A DNA stretch of 64,000 bases from Candidatus Nomurabacteria bacterium (GTDB taxonomy: Bacteria > Patescibacteriota > Minisyncoccia > Phycocordibacterales > UBA9973): assembly GCA_943348755.1 (NCBI GenBank), contig CALQYS010000003.1:2482-66481 (forward strand). Reading direction: 5' to 3'. A program made the translations under genes and the position numbers. The notes under the pieces were generated by a model, which saw only the letters and a program-made list of their open reading frames with translations, did no database searches and was not told the DNA's origin. This document shows positions 30,402-40,764 of the stretch, in pieces (the stretch's first letter is position 1; every line of letters begins with the position of its first letter).

Positions 30402-33029
30402 ATGGCGATAACAATTACAAAAAGAGACGGCACAAAAGCACCCTTCAACGCGGATAGAATAAACAAATCGATCGAGAGGGCTTGCTATGGACTTAAAGAC
30501 CCCATCAGTAAAGTTATCCAGATAGCCACAGAGACACAACTCACCCTCTATGATGGCATTACTACTGAGGAAATGGATGCAGCATGCATAAATGCAGCAC
30601 TACAAAACGCACAATACGGCATAGACTTTGATAAAATAGCCACTCGCCTACTTTTGAAAGGAATTTATAAGAAAGTTATAGGAGATTATGATAATGATGA
30701 GTCAAAAAGCATTTCTCCTGAAGAATTTACGAAGTTGCATAGCTCTCATTTCAAAGAGTATGTTCTAAGTGCAGTCGAGAAAGGACTTTTGGATAGTAGA
30801 ATGGCATCAAGTTTTGATTTGGAAGATTTAGCTTCAAGTCTGAAAATAGAAAATGATGAACTCTATAAATATTCTGGACTCTCGACGATGCAAAATCGTT
30901 ATTTGATGAAGAATGAAAAACAAGCTCCGCTCGAGACACCACAATATTTTTGGATGAGGGTAGCGATGGGCATGTCTCTAAATGAAAAAAACCCAACCGA
31001 GTGGGCAAAGAAATTTTATAATAAAATGTCCAAGTTGGAATACCTCTCTGCCGGAAGCTCAAACATCGGCGCTGGTACCCCACACCCAAAGCTTTCAAAT
31101 TGTTTCTTGATGGAAATTCATGACAACATGGAACACATCGGTAAAACTGTCTCTGATGTTCTACTTCTATCTAAAGCAACAGGCGGTATCGGACTTTCCG
31201 TAACTAAACTTAGAGCCGAAGGTTCAGTCCTTAAATCAAACAATACGATTTCGTCCGGCCCAGTGCCTTTTATGCATATTATTGACTCTGCAGTACGTGC
31301 AGTACAACGTGGAGGCAAGAAAAAGGGCGCTCTTTGTTTTTACATGGAGAATTGGCACCTAAATTTTCAGGATTTTATAGATCTAAAACAAAACAATGGG
31401 GATGATTACCGTCGTACCCGCACCGCCAATACCGCTGTGTTTATTTCTGATGAATTTATGAAAAGAGTCTTAGAAGGTAACGAATGGTACCTTTTTGACC
31501 CAAAGGAAGTAAGTGACCTAAATGAGCTTGTGGGTAAAGAGTTTTCTAAGAGATACAATGAGTATGTGGAAATGGCAAAAAATGGAAAAATAAAGATGTT
31601 CCATGTTATGCCAGCACGTGAACAATACAAAAACATTTTAGTTTCTCTTGAGACCACCTCACACCCTTGGCTCACATGGAAAGATGCTATCAATGTCCGT
31701 GCCTTGAACAATAACACAGGAACAATTCACTGCTCTAACCTTTGCACTGAAGTTACCTTACCCACAGACAAGGATAATATCGCTGTCTGTAATTTGGTCT
31801 CTATCAATATTGCAAAACATATAATCAACGGCCAAATTGATTGGCACCGTCTTGAAGAATCTGTTCGTCTCGCTACTCGTCAGCTCGATAATTTAGTAGA
31901 CATAAATGAATTACCCATACTTGAGGCAGTACGGGCTGACAGTGAAAACAGGGCTGTTGGGCTTGGACTCATGGGCTTTGCCGATTCGATTGAGCAACTT
32001 GGCTATTCATATGAAGACAATGAAGCTTATGATTTTGCTGATCAGGTTTTTGAATTCATTTCTTACATGGCCATAGATGAATCTGCAAATTTGGCAAGTG
32101 AGCGTGGAAATTATCAAAACTTTGAAGGTTCTGGGTGGTCTAAAGGACGTGTACCGATTGACACTATCAAAAAACTCGAAGAAGATAGAGGACGTGAATT
32201 GACCGTCAAAAAAGAATCAGCGAAGCTCCTACCGTTGTTAGATTGGGAAACTTTACGTGGCAAGGTAAAGAAAGGTATGCGTAATGCTACCCTACTTGCT
32301 ATTGCTCCGAACGCGAACATTGGGCTGGTAGCAGGGACTTCCCCGGGTATTGATCCAAGGTTTACTCAAATGTTTTCCAGAAATAAAATATCTGGTAAAT
32401 ACTTAGAGGTGAATCCAAACATGATGACAGCACTACAAAGCGAAAACCTCTGGGAAAAAACACGAGAAGCAATACTTGAGAATCATGGTGATATAGAATC
32501 TATCGCAGAAATACCGGATGCTATAAAAAGAATCTATAAAACTTCTTTCTCTGTCTCTCCTTACGCATATATAGAAGTCGCCGCTAGGGCGCAAAAGTGG
32601 GTGGACATGGGAATCTCTCGAAATATGTACCTGGATATTCGCGACATCAACGAGATTATGAACGTTTACACTACCGCTTGGGATAAGGGCCTAAAAACGA
32701 CGTATTACCTCCATATGAAGCCTCGCCATACTGCTGAACAGTCAACTACCACAGTAAATAAAGCCCAAGTTTTGGGTAAGAGAGGTTTTGCTGTATTAAG
32801 AGATAAACAGCCGGCCATAGAGCAGAAAACAGAAAGTGCCGATTTGGTTAAATCTGCTGATGTCTCGGATGCGATAAATATGGGAAAGCAGGAAGAAAAG
32901 AAAAACATATTGGAAAAGTTAGTTCAAGTCCAGTCAGCTCTTAGCGGTGGTAATCTGACAGTAAAACCACTAAAAATACATATAACCGAAGATCCGAGCG
33001 AAGCTATGATTTGTGATAGTTGTCAGTAA
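30402..33029 (+). CDS. nrdA: class I ribonucleotide reductase alpha subunit with ATP cone
   Basis: ITKRDG ATP cone, LSNCF, CSNLCTEV, GLKTTYY, C-terminal CDSC. Confidence 0.96.
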   Translation: MAITITKRDGTKAPFNADRINKSIERACYGLKDPISKVIQIATETQLTLYDGITTEEMDAACINAALQNAQYGIDFDKIATRLLLKGIYKKVIGDYDNDESKSISPEEFTKLHSSHFKEYVLSAVEKGLLDSRMASSFDLEDLASSLKIENDELYKYSGLSTMQNRYLMKNEKQAPLETPQYFWMRVAMGMSLNEKNPTEWAKKFYNKMSKLEYLSAGSSNIGAGTPHPKLSNCFLMEIHDNMEHIGKTVSDVLLLSKATGGIGLSVTKLRAEGSVLKSNNTISSGPVPFMHIIDSAVRAVQRGGKKKGALCFYMENWHLNFQDFIDLKQNNGDDYRRTRTANTAVFISDEFMKRVLEGNEWYLFDPKEVSDLNELVGKEFSKRYNEYVEMAKNGKIKMFHVMPAREQYKNILVSLETTSHPWLTWKDAINVRALNNNTGTIHCSNLCTEVTLPTDKDNIAVCNLVSINIAKHIINGQIDWHRLEESVRLATRQLDNLVDINELPILEAVRADSENRAVGLGLMGFADSIEQLGYSYEDNEAYDFADQVFEFISYMAIDESANLASERGNYQNFEGSGWSKGRVPIDTIKKLEEDRGRELTVKKESAKLLPLLDWETLRGKVKKGMRNATLLAIAPNANIGLVAGTSPGIDPRFTQMFSRNKISGKYLEVNPNMMTALQSENLWEKTREAILENHGDIESIAEIPDAIKRIYKTSFSVSPYAYIEVAARAQKWVDMGISRNMYLDIRDINEIMNVYTTAWDKGLKTTYYLHMKPRHTAEQSTTTVNKAQVLGKRGFAVLRDKQPAIEQKTESADLVKSADVSDAINMGKQEEKKNILEKLVQVQSALSGGNLTVKPLKIHITEDPSEAMICDSCQ

Positions 33030-33062
33030 ATTATTAAATAAATTCTTGAGGTAAATAAATAT

Positions 33063-34076
33063 ATGATTTTAGGAAAAGCGTCTCCAACAGACATGAATTT
33101 GCATCCCATGCATTATAAATGGGCTTATGACCTTTATAATCAGGCGGTGCGTAATAGTTGGTTCCCCCATGAAATACCGCTTGGCGAAGACTTAGCGGAT
33201 TGGCGAAAAATGACTGAGGATGAAAAACACGCTGTGGAGTTCTTGATGGCGTTTTTCAATCCAGCCGAATTAATAGTGAACAGATCACTTGCTCTCGGTG
33301 TCTATCCATACCTTAAGTCTCCAGAGTGCCACTTGTACCTCGCAAAACAAATGTTTGAGGAAGCAAATCATTGCGTATCTTTTGAATATGTTCTTGAAAC
33401 TTTCCCCTTAGACCGTACCCGTGTCTACGAACAACATCTAGAAATGCAGTCAATGAAAAATAAAGAAGACTTCATAAATAAATACCTCATCAGAATGACC
33501 GAAGATAACTTAAATATAGAATCCCCAGAGGGTAAAAAAGATTTTTTAAGAAACTTGGTAGCCACAAATATAGTTATGGAGGGAACATGGTTTTATTCTG
33601 GATTTATGGTGGCACTCTCCTTTCGTCAGAGAAACCAACTTCGCAACTTGGGCTCAATGATTACTTGGGTCCTACGTGATGAATCTCTACACCTCAAATT
33701 TGGTATTCAACTCATCCATACAGTGTTAGAAGAAAATCCAGAGCTTCTAACTGCCGAGTTTGCAGAGGAAATCAGGAAAATAATAATCGATGGAGTCAAC
33801 CTAGAGGTTAATTACAATAAAGACATGTTTCCAAAGGGGATATTGGGGCTCAATGCAGACTACGTAAACCAATATGTACAGTATGTGGCAGACCGCAGAT
33901 TAGAAGAATTGGGCCTAGAAACCCATTTTAACGTCACCAATCCAGCCAAATGGATGTCTACAGCCACAGATGTTTTCGAGCTGGTTAATTTCTTCGAGCA
34001 ACAAAATACTTCCTACGAAGTAGACGCACACGGACACAAAAACGAAGAAAAGAAGGAAAAGAAAAAGGAGGAGTAA
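33063..34076 (+). CDS. nrdB: ribonucleotide reductase beta subunit, class Ic (Mn/Fe)-type
   Basis: FFNPAE, EEANHCVSF, MEGTWFYSGF, RDESLH, NFFE. Confidence 0.92.
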   Translation: MILGKASPTDMNLHPMHYKWAYDLYNQAVRNSWFPHEIPLGEDLADWRKMTEDEKHAVEFLMAFFNPAELIVNRSLALGVYPYLKSPECHLYLAKQMFEEANHCVSFEYVLETFPLDRTRVYEQHLEMQSMKNKEDFINKYLIRMTEDNLNIESPEGKKDFLRNLVATNIVMEGTWFYSGFMVALSFRQRNQLRNLGSMITWVLRDESLHLKFGIQLIHTVLEENPELLTAEFAEEIRKIIIDGVNLEVNYNKDMFPKGILGLNADYVNQYVQYVADRRLEELGLETHFNVTNPAKWMSTATDVFELVNFFEQQNTSYEVDAHGHKNEEKKEKKKEE

Positions 34077-34113
34077 AGATTATATAATTAATATATAATT
34101 TTTGCGTACTTTA

Positions 34114-34767
34114 CTATTTTAAAGAAATACTCTCTATCACCACAGCACTGACTGGTCTATCAAGCACACCTGGATTTACAGTTTTAACATTTGCAATTTT
34201 ATCTACGACGTCTTGACCAGAAGTTACTTTGCCAAAAATAGTATAGAGAGGCGGTAAAGGATAAGTCTCTGTCATTATAAAGAACTGGCTACCGTTTGTA
34301 TCCGGACCGCTGTTTGCCATTGCCACTATCCCCTTTGCATAACCTACTTTCGTATATAAATCTGACTTTGCATCTATTTCGTCAGCAAACTTGTATCCCG
34401 GACCACCTGTACCCCATAGGTTCATCTTTGAATCGTCCTTGGTCAAGGGATCTCCCCCTTGGATCATAAAACCTTTTATAACTCGATGAAACTTGATCCC
34501 ACTATAAAAACCATCTTTGGCAAGTTTTTCAAAATTAGCCACTGTATTCGGAGATTCCTTTTCAAAAAATTCAATCGTGATATTTCCTTTGTTGGTATTT
34601 AGGGTTGCATTCATAATTTTTTCTTTTACCTCACTAGAACTCTCTATCGAGGTAGACTGATTGTTAGGATTAATAATATTTTCTTCTTTGCTTTTACCAT
34701 TAATATAAAACAGGGCACCAGCAACAATGACAATAACTACAATTATTGCACTAATATATTTGTTCAT
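34114..34767 (-). CDS. membrane-anchored cyclophilin-type peptidyl-prolyl isomerase
   Basis: FHRVIKGFMIQGGDP, AMANSGPDTNGSQFFI. Confidence 0.95.
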   Translation of the reverse strand: MNKYISAIIVVIVIVAGALFYINGKSKEENIINPNNQSTSIESSSEVKEKIMNATLNTNKGNITIEFFEKESPNTVANFEKLAKDGFYSGIKFHRVIKGFMIQGGDPLTKDDSKMNLWGTGGPGYKFADEIDAKSDLYTKVGYAKGIVAMANSGPDTNGSQFFIMTETYPLPPLYTIFGKVTSGQDVVDKIANVKTVNPGVLDRPVSAVVIESISLK

Positions 34768-34780
34768 AATATATTTTTAT

Positions 34781-35290
34781 TTACTTTTTAATTTCTTCGT
34801 AACTTATAATTATCTGATCCTTGTCTTGCACGACATAGTTTTCATAAGCGTCGGTATCTTGGCCATTAACAGACATATGAAGAACATGTTTATTATCAAC
34901 GGTAGAATCTAATATTTGTTCTTTATTGAAAGTCTTCCCCCAGACTGCAAAGAAATCACCAAGTGTGAAATCTTTTTTGACCGGCGCCTCAACATGAAGA
35001 AGACCGGTGGCATCGTGTGTATGTATGCTATGCATACATAGTCCATTTATGCCCGTATTTGCAGGAATAACTTCTTCTTTGCCGAGAATTAGAATCTTTA
35101 GCTTGGGATGTATATGGAATCGAGTCGCCATATCAGTAGTACAAGACAGAGCCACTTCCCTGCTTGTTTGCTCTGATATTTTCTTTTCGCGTGCAGCTTC
35201 AATATTAACGACCCCCCATATGATGAGTCCAGTTAGAATGAAAGTGATAATTATAAACCAAAAGCTGGAACTCAGTTTTATCTTATCCAT
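34781..35290 (-). CDS. membrane-anchored hypothetical protein with His motifs
   Basis: HIH, HTHD.TG.LHVE, FTLGDFF.VWG. Confidence 0.7.
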   Translation of the reverse strand: MDKIKLSSSFWFIIITFILTGLIIWGVVNIEAAREKKISEQTSREVALSCTTDMATRFHIHPKLKILILGKEEVIPANTGINGLCMHSIHTHDATGLLHVEAPVKKDFTLGDFFAVWGKTFNKEQILDSTVDNKHVLHMSVNGQDTDAYENYVVQDKDQIIISYEEIKK

Positions 35291-35295
35291 ATTAT

Positions 35296-35703
35296 TTAAA
35301 TCCTAACATATAAAAAAATTCTTGGCAAAAAAACAATCAGTCCGACAATCACTGCAACAAAAACAGACAACAAGACTGCCCCAGCAGCCACATCTTTTGT
35401 ATCACGAGCAAAAGGATGATATTCGGGAGAAGTTAGATCTATATCTATTTCGATAGCTGTGTTGAGAGTTTCAGTGATAAAAACAAGGCCAATAGTAAAG
35501 ACAAGGGCGATCCATTCTAAACTAGAAACTCTAAAATAAAATCCAAGAGCCACCACGATTAGAGCCGACACTATGTGAATAAATAAATGCCGCGTTGCTC
35601 TTGAGACAACATACAACCCTCGAAAAGCATTCAAAAATTTCTCGTTATATTTCACTTCTCGCCAAGCTCTCTTTTCTATCTGTATTTTTTCTTTTTGATT
35701 CAT
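35296..35703 (-). CDS. dgkA: DgkA-family (diacylglycerol/undecaprenol) kinase
   Basis: AFRGL, ETLNTAIE..ID, KDVAAGAVL. Confidence 0.88.
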   Translation of the reverse strand: MNQKEKIQIEKRAWREVKYNEKFLNAFRGLYVVSRATRHLFIHIVSALIVVALGFYFRVSSLEWIALVFTIGLVFITETLNTAIEIDIDLTSPEYHPFARDTKDVAAGAVLLSVFVAVIVGLIVFLPRIFLYVRI

Positions 35704-35720
35704 TGTTAGAGAATTAAATC

Positions 35721-36179
35721 CTATTCAACCTTTAGAGTTCCTTTCATTCCCATTGCCCTATGTGTGCCAACTGAACAATAATATTCAAAGCTTCCAGCTT
35801 TACTAGCTGTGAATTCTACCGTTTCGGTGTTTGGGGATTTTACTTCTTTTGTGGAAACCCCATATTCATCTATAACAAAATTATGGAAACCGGCACTATT
35901 TTCAAAAGTTATTTTTACCTTATCCCCCTTCCTGACTGTTATCATAGATGGGGAGAAGGAAAAGTTCTTGCCAACAATAGTAAACTCTTTCACTGGTGCC
36001 ACAGGCGTATTTTTCACTACGGTGGTATCCTTTGCAACCGCAGATTCTGTGTTTGTATTTTCACTAGATTGGAGTTTTTCGGAGATAGGTGCTTCTGCTT
36101 TTTTACCAGACCCAAAGGCAAACAGCAAACCAGCGATTAAAACAACAAAAACAACTATCGAAATATATCTATTTCTCAT
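35721..36179 (-). CDS. membrane-anchored cupredoxin (plastocyanin-like)
   Basis: HNF and YYCSVGTHRAMGM type-1 copper ligands. Confidence 0.88.
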   Translation of the reverse strand: MRNRYISIVVFVVLIAGLLFAFGSGKKAEAPISEKLQSSENTNTESAVAKDTTVVKNTPVAPVKEFTIVGKNFSFSPSMITVRKGDKVKITFENSAGFHNFVIDEYGVSTKEVKSPNTETVEFTASKAGSFEYYCSVGTHRAMGMKGTLKVE

Positions 36180-36221
36180 ACTTCTATCTTATCATCAAAT
36201 AAGCAAGATAGGCAAATAAAG

Positions 36222-37361
36222 TTATTGGTATTGTATATAAATGGGCTTGGGATTTAATTTCAAAAGATCGTCTGGTGCCATCAAGGTGGTGCCCTCTTCT
36301 AGAACATCATTTTTATAAAACAATTTAAAACCCGTAAATTGAACTGGTTCAGGATAAATAAAATTTGTATATGTTCCTATCTTTTTTTTCATTACTCCCC
36401 AGCCATCCATGTTCATGACTATTTGGACTTCGGGCAAGGGCTTTATTTCTTGGTAATTCGTAACCATTTTTTGGGTATATCGATGTACAACCAAAATTTT
36501 TGGGGGTAAACTATTTTCTTTGACTATCTTTGCTAAATAATCAGCTGCGAAATTTATATCAGTGGCATCCAGTGTGCCTACTATTTTCCCCGGTCGAACG
36601 CCAGTCTTCATGGAAAATTCTGGATCAACACCCAAATGAACCTCCGGCATTTTTAGATACTTCTCTAGCAAAGGAACTTCTGTATGTAAATTTGAAAATC
36701 CAACTTGTACGTCTAGAAAGACAATCGCATTTATTTTCTTTGCCATCCTTAGCACTTTGTCTATTTCGGCCTCTGGCATGCGAGTCCTATATTTGCCATC
36801 ATTCCCCTTATCTCCCTGAGCCACCACTGCAATGTAATGAAGCGCCGGGAGGACGGGTGTACCGGGGTCCGCAGATTCCCACTTTTTCACCTCGACATTC
36901 AACCTTTGCAACATTTCATCTTCTCCATACTGCCCCAAAACTCCCATTTTAGTCGAGTATAGATTGCCATAATAGGCAACAATACGTTTAAATGGCAATA
37001 TCGCCCCAGCATTTGGATAAACTGTCTTTACGGGCCAAAGATGTGCCCTTACTGGCTGTGGTGAGGCAGGAACTTTGGTAATTTTAGTAATAGATTTGCC
37101 ATTTTTATTTTTTTCAATAGTCTTAACTGTGTTAAAAACAATGGGATCTAGCGGATTGTTTGCCAATTCATTTAATTTTTGATCGTAAAGGACGGTATTA
37201 AGTGGCGAAATTGCTGGTACTATATTTTTCTTTACTTCAGCTTTTTTATTTTGTTCATCTCTTTGATAAGAAACAACGCCAAAAAACTTGGGCAGTATGC
37301 CAAACAAAAAAAGTGATAAAAAAATAAAAACAAGTAAAATTACAGTAAAGTTTTTTTTCAT
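36222..37361 (-). CDS. conserved exported hypothetical protein
   Basis: Start moved to 37361 because the longer ORF overlaps tRNA-Gln; RIVAYYG, LDVQVG, VHLGVDPEF, MDGWG, GFKLFY. Confidence 0.75.
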   Translation of the reverse strand: MKKNFTVILLVFIFLSLFLFGILPKFFGVVSYQRDEQNKKAEVKKNIVPAISPLNTVLYDQKLNELANNPLDPIVFNTVKTIEKNKNGKSITKITKVPASPQPVRAHLWPVKTVYPNAGAILPFKRIVAYYGNLYSTKMGVLGQYGEDEMLQRLNVEVKKWESADPGTPVLPALHYIAVVAQGDKGNDGKYRTRMPEAEIDKVLRMAKKINAIVFLDVQVGFSNLHTEVPLLEKYLKMPEVHLGVDPEFSMKTGVRPGKIVGTLDATDINFAADYLAKIVKENSLPPKILVVHRYTQKMVTNYQEIKPLPEVQIVMNMDGWGVMKKKIGTYTNFIYPEPVQFTGFKLFYKNDVLEEGTTLMAPDDLLKLNPKPIYIQYQ

Positions 37362-37370
37362 ATCTACAGG

Positions 37371-37441
37371 CTGCGGGACTTGGAATCGAACCAAAATTTT
37401 CGCTTTCAGAGAGCGACGTCCTACCTTTAGACGATCCCGCA
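37371..37441 (-). tRNA. tRNA-Gln(CTG)
   Basis: U1-A72 pair, anticodon loop CTCTGAA, TTCGATT T-loop. Confidence 0.93.
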
Positions 37442-37498
37442 ATAGAGATACAATAGTATAAATAAGGCTTTTAATCAAACCGATAATTTGCCTATTTT

Positions 37499-39145
37499 TT
37501 ATTTCTTGCCTGCGGCGCAAGCTTTGATAAAAGCCACAAAGAGAGGGTGAGGATTAAGCGGACGAGATTTTAATTCTGGATGGAATTGGGCTCCTAGGTA
37601 AAAAGGGTGCTTAGACTTTGGGAGTTCGGCTATTTCCATCAGTCTACCGTCCGGTGAGGTACCGGAAAAGACGAGACCCTCTTTGCTTAAGCGCTCGATA
37701 TATTCAGGGTTCACTTCGTAGCGATGGCGATGGCGTTCAGAAATTTCCGAGGCTCCGTAAGCAATCGCAGCGATGCTCCCCTTCTTTAATAAAGCCGGAT
37801 AAGCACCTAAACGCATGGTCGCCCCAAAGTTTTTATCTTTTAGATTCTTTTTTTGTTCGGGCATGATGTCGATGACTGGATTTTTAGTATCAGGATTTAT
37901 TTCTGTGGTGTGGGCGTCTTTAAGTCCTAAAACATTTCGAGAAAATTCGATCGTGGCAATCTGCATACCATAGCAAAGCCCAAAATATGGAATTTTTTCT
38001 TTACGACAATATTCCGCCACAGCTATCTTACCTTCTATTCCACGACTGCCGAAACCGCCAGGCACGATAATGCCATCAAATTTATCTAATTCTTTGAGAG
38101 ATTTAGGGTCTTTCTCAAATTGTTCTGAATTGAGCCAAATAATCTCTGGCTTGCAACCCAAAGCTCCTCCGGCATGTCTGACCGACTCGATCACCGAAAT
38201 GTAAGAATCTTCAAGCACGAACTCCCCTGTACCAAAATATTTACCGACTATCCCAATACGCACAGACTTAGTGGCATTATTCATTTCTGTAACCATCTCT
38301 CGCCACTCCTTCATATCCTTATTCGGTGGCACAATATCAAGCTTCATAAAAATACGATCACCGAGTCCATCATTTTCAAAATTAACTGGAACTTCATAAA
38401 TATTCCCGACGTTCGGTGCTGAGATGACATCTCCCTTTTCTAAACTACACATAAATTCGATTTTTGCTTTTCTTTTATCGTCGAGAGGAATATGTGCACG
38501 AGCAAGAATGATATCTGGGTTAAGCCCTACCGCATTCAAACTACGGACCGCGTGCTGGGTCGGTTTGGTCTTCAACTCGTTTCCTCCTGCTCCAAGTGCG
38601 GGTACATAGCTCACAAGCACAAGAACAACATCATGGGGATTCTTAATCTTGAGCATGCGTACCGCCTCAAGGAACAAAATGTTTTCATACTCACCGACTG
38701 TACCCCCTATCTCTGTGATCGCTACTTTAGCGTTGGCTTTTTCGACTGCTTTATTTATACGTTCGATGATTTCAAGCGGGATACGGGGCACTACTTCAAC
38801 TTGTTTGCCCCCAAATTCTAAATTACGCTCCTTTTGGATAACAGAAAGATACACGCTACCTGTCGTCATGTAATTCGTCCGGGTTAAATCACGATCAAGG
38901 AAACGTTCATAGTTGCCCATGTCCTGATCGCACTCCATGCCATCATCCAAAACGAAAACCTCACCGTGTTCGGTGGGGTTCATAGTGCCGGCATCAACAT
39001 TTACATAAGGATCTATCTTTAGAGCGGTAACTTCCACTCCCCTAGATTGCAGAATTTTACCGATTGAGGCGGAAGCGACACCCTTGCCGACTCCCGACAT
39101 AACACCTCCCACCACAAAAATATATTTTGTTCCTTTTTTAGACAT
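37499..39145 (-). CDS. pyrG: CTP synthase
   Basis: KIDPYVNVDAGTMNP.EHGE, PGGFG.RG, GLCYGMQ, QFHPE. Confidence 0.97.
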   Translation of the reverse strand: MSKKGTKYIFVVGGVMSGVGKGVASASIGKILQSRGVEVTALKIDPYVNVDAGTMNPTEHGEVFVLDDGMECDQDMGNYERFLDRDLTRTNYMTTGSVYLSVIQKERNLEFGGKQVEVVPRIPLEIIERINKAVEKANAKVAITEIGGTVGEYENILFLEAVRMLKIKNPHDVVLVLVSYVPALGAGGNELKTKPTQHAVRSLNAVGLNPDIILARAHIPLDDKRKAKIEFMCSLEKGDVISAPNVGNIYEVPVNFENDGLGDRIFMKLDIVPPNKDMKEWREMVTEMNNATKSVRIGIVGKYFGTGEFVLEDSYISVIESVRHAGGALGCKPEIIWLNSEQFEKDPKSLKELDKFDGIIVPGGFGSRGIEGKIAVAEYCRKEKIPYFGLCYGMQIATIEFSRNVLGLKDAHTTEINPDTKNPVIDIMPEQKKNLKDKNFGATMRLGAYPALLKKGSIAAIAYGASEISERHRHRYEVNPEYIERLSKEGLVFSGTSPDGRLMEIAELPKSKHPFYLGAQFHPELKSRPLNPHPLFVAFIKACAAGKK

Positions 39146-39149
39146 TGTC

Positions 39150-40073
39150 TTATTTATTTAAATATTTTCTGACTGCCAGAAAACTGGAAATTACTCCGAG
39201 TAGTATACCTGATAATAGAATAATTGCAAAAATTTGCAGGAAATTGGAAACATAATAATCATATAAATTGAGACCAAGAAAACTAGTCATATTGCGTCCT
39301 AGCCAAGCGGTAATCGGCCAAAACAAGATCAAGATCGTAAATGTAGCGATAATACCGTATATTACACCTTCAACCATAAACGGGCCCCGAACACGCATTT
39401 TGGAAGCTCCCACGAGACGCATGACCCCTATTTCTTCTCTTGCAATAAATATGGTTAATCGAATGGTATTGAAAGTAATGATTAAGGAAGAGATTATAAG
39501 GTAAAGCGTAAGCAAAAAACCAAGCCTCTGCGCCCCTGATATTATGTTATTCAGCCGATTAATTACTAATTTATTCTGATGATAATTTACTTTTTCTACG
39601 ATAGAAGTGGGACCAGAAACAAGCGCATCGTCTCCTTGTAAAAAGTTGGCAATACTTTCATATTGAGAAATTTCTTTTGCTTTGACATTTAGATATGCAC
39701 CGAGGGGGTTCCCGCCTATTTCATCTAATGCGGCAATAGTAGAGTAGTCATTTACATGTCTGTCACGGAAAAGTTTGAGCGCGGTATCCGCACTAGTGTA
39801 AGAAACTTGCGCAACCTCAGGCAATTTTTCCAAAGATGATTTTAGAAGCATGATTTTATCCTCTCCAGCATTGGTGGTAAAATAAATAGTCACATCCACC
39901 TTGTCTTTAATTTGATTAAGTGAAGAATATAGTACTGCCTGTAAAAGGATAATAACAACTATCACTGCGAGCGTATTCAAGACCTGGAGAACGGCGGCCA
40001 CAGATACGGAACCCCCTCTTTTAAAGTTTATAAATCCAGATTTTATAATTCTTTTTAAATCAGTCATTGCCAT
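39150..40073 (-). CDS. ftsX: cell division permease FtsX
   Basis: NTIRLTI..REEI.VMRLVGAS...VRGPFMVEG; follows ftsE. Confidence 0.92.
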   Translation of the reverse strand: MAMTDLKRIIKSGFINFKRGGSVSVAAVLQVLNTLAVIVVIILLQAVLYSSLNQIKDKVDVTIYFTTNAGEDKIMLLKSSLEKLPEVAQVSYTSADTALKLFRDRHVNDYSTIAALDEIGGNPLGAYLNVKAKEISQYESIANFLQGDDALVSGPTSIVEKVNYHQNKLVINRLNNIISGAQRLGFLLTLYLIISSLIITFNTIRLTIFIAREEIGVMRLVGASKMRVRGPFMVEGVIYGIIATFTILILFWPITAWLGRNMTSFLGLNLYDYYVSNFLQIFAIILLSGILLGVISSFLAVRKYLNK

Positions 40074-40086
40074 AAGTATAACTATA

Positions 40087-40755
40087 TCACTTAGTGTGCT
40101 TACTGTCCCGAACAATTTTACCATTTTCCATAGTAATTACCCTTTTCCCAATAGAATCAATGACGCCACGATTGTGAGTGGCCAAGATTACGGTCGTGCC
40201 TAAATCATTTATTTTCTTTAAAATCTGTACTATCTCGTGTGTGTTTATGGGATCAAGATTACCTGTTGGTTCATCAGCTATGATGAGTTCTGGCTGATTA
40301 ATAATGGCCCTGGCAATTGCAAGCCTTTGCTGTTCTCCGCCGGAAAGTTGGTTTGGAAAATGAAAAATACGATGACTTAAATCAACCAATTCTAAAACAT
40401 GGGGTACATCAGAAGCTATCTCCTCGTCAGTCTTACCGACGGCTTCCATGGCAAAAGCTATGTTTTCATAAGCAGTCTTGTTTGGTAATAATTTGAAATC
40501 CTGAAATACTACCCCAATGCGACGGCGAAGTTTGGTCAGGTCTTTATTTTTCAGTTTATGTACGTCAATTGATTCAAAAAAAACAGTACCTAGGGACGGC
40601 TTATCGTCCGCTAAAATCATTTTGGTTAAAGTGGTCTTGCCAGCACCTGAATGTCCAACAACAGAAACAAACTCCCCAGCTGTAATAGTTACTGTGACGT
40701 CATCCAACGCTACTGCGTCTTTGTAGATCTTAGAAACGTTATTAAAATAAATCAC
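40087..40755 (-). CDS. ftsE: cell division ATP-binding protein FtsE
   Basis: GHSGAGKTT, RRRIGVVFQDFKLL, LSGGEQQR, ADEPTGNLD. Confidence 0.93.
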   Translation of the reverse strand: MIYFNNVSKIYKDAVALDDVTVTITAGEFVSVVGHSGAGKTTLTKMILADDKPSLGTVFFESIDVHKLKNKDLTKLRRRIGVVFQDFKLLPNKTAYENIAFAMEAVGKTDEEIASDVPHVLELVDLSHRIFHFPNQLSGGEQQRLAIARAIINQPELIIADEPTGNLDPINTHEIVQILKKINDLGTTVILATHNRGVIDSIGKRVITMENGKIVRDSKHTK

Positions 40756-40764
40756 CCACCTATT

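Noticed and set aside
37362-37520. N-terminal extension of the 432-aa ORF
   Set aside because: Overlaps tRNA-Gln and the pyrG end
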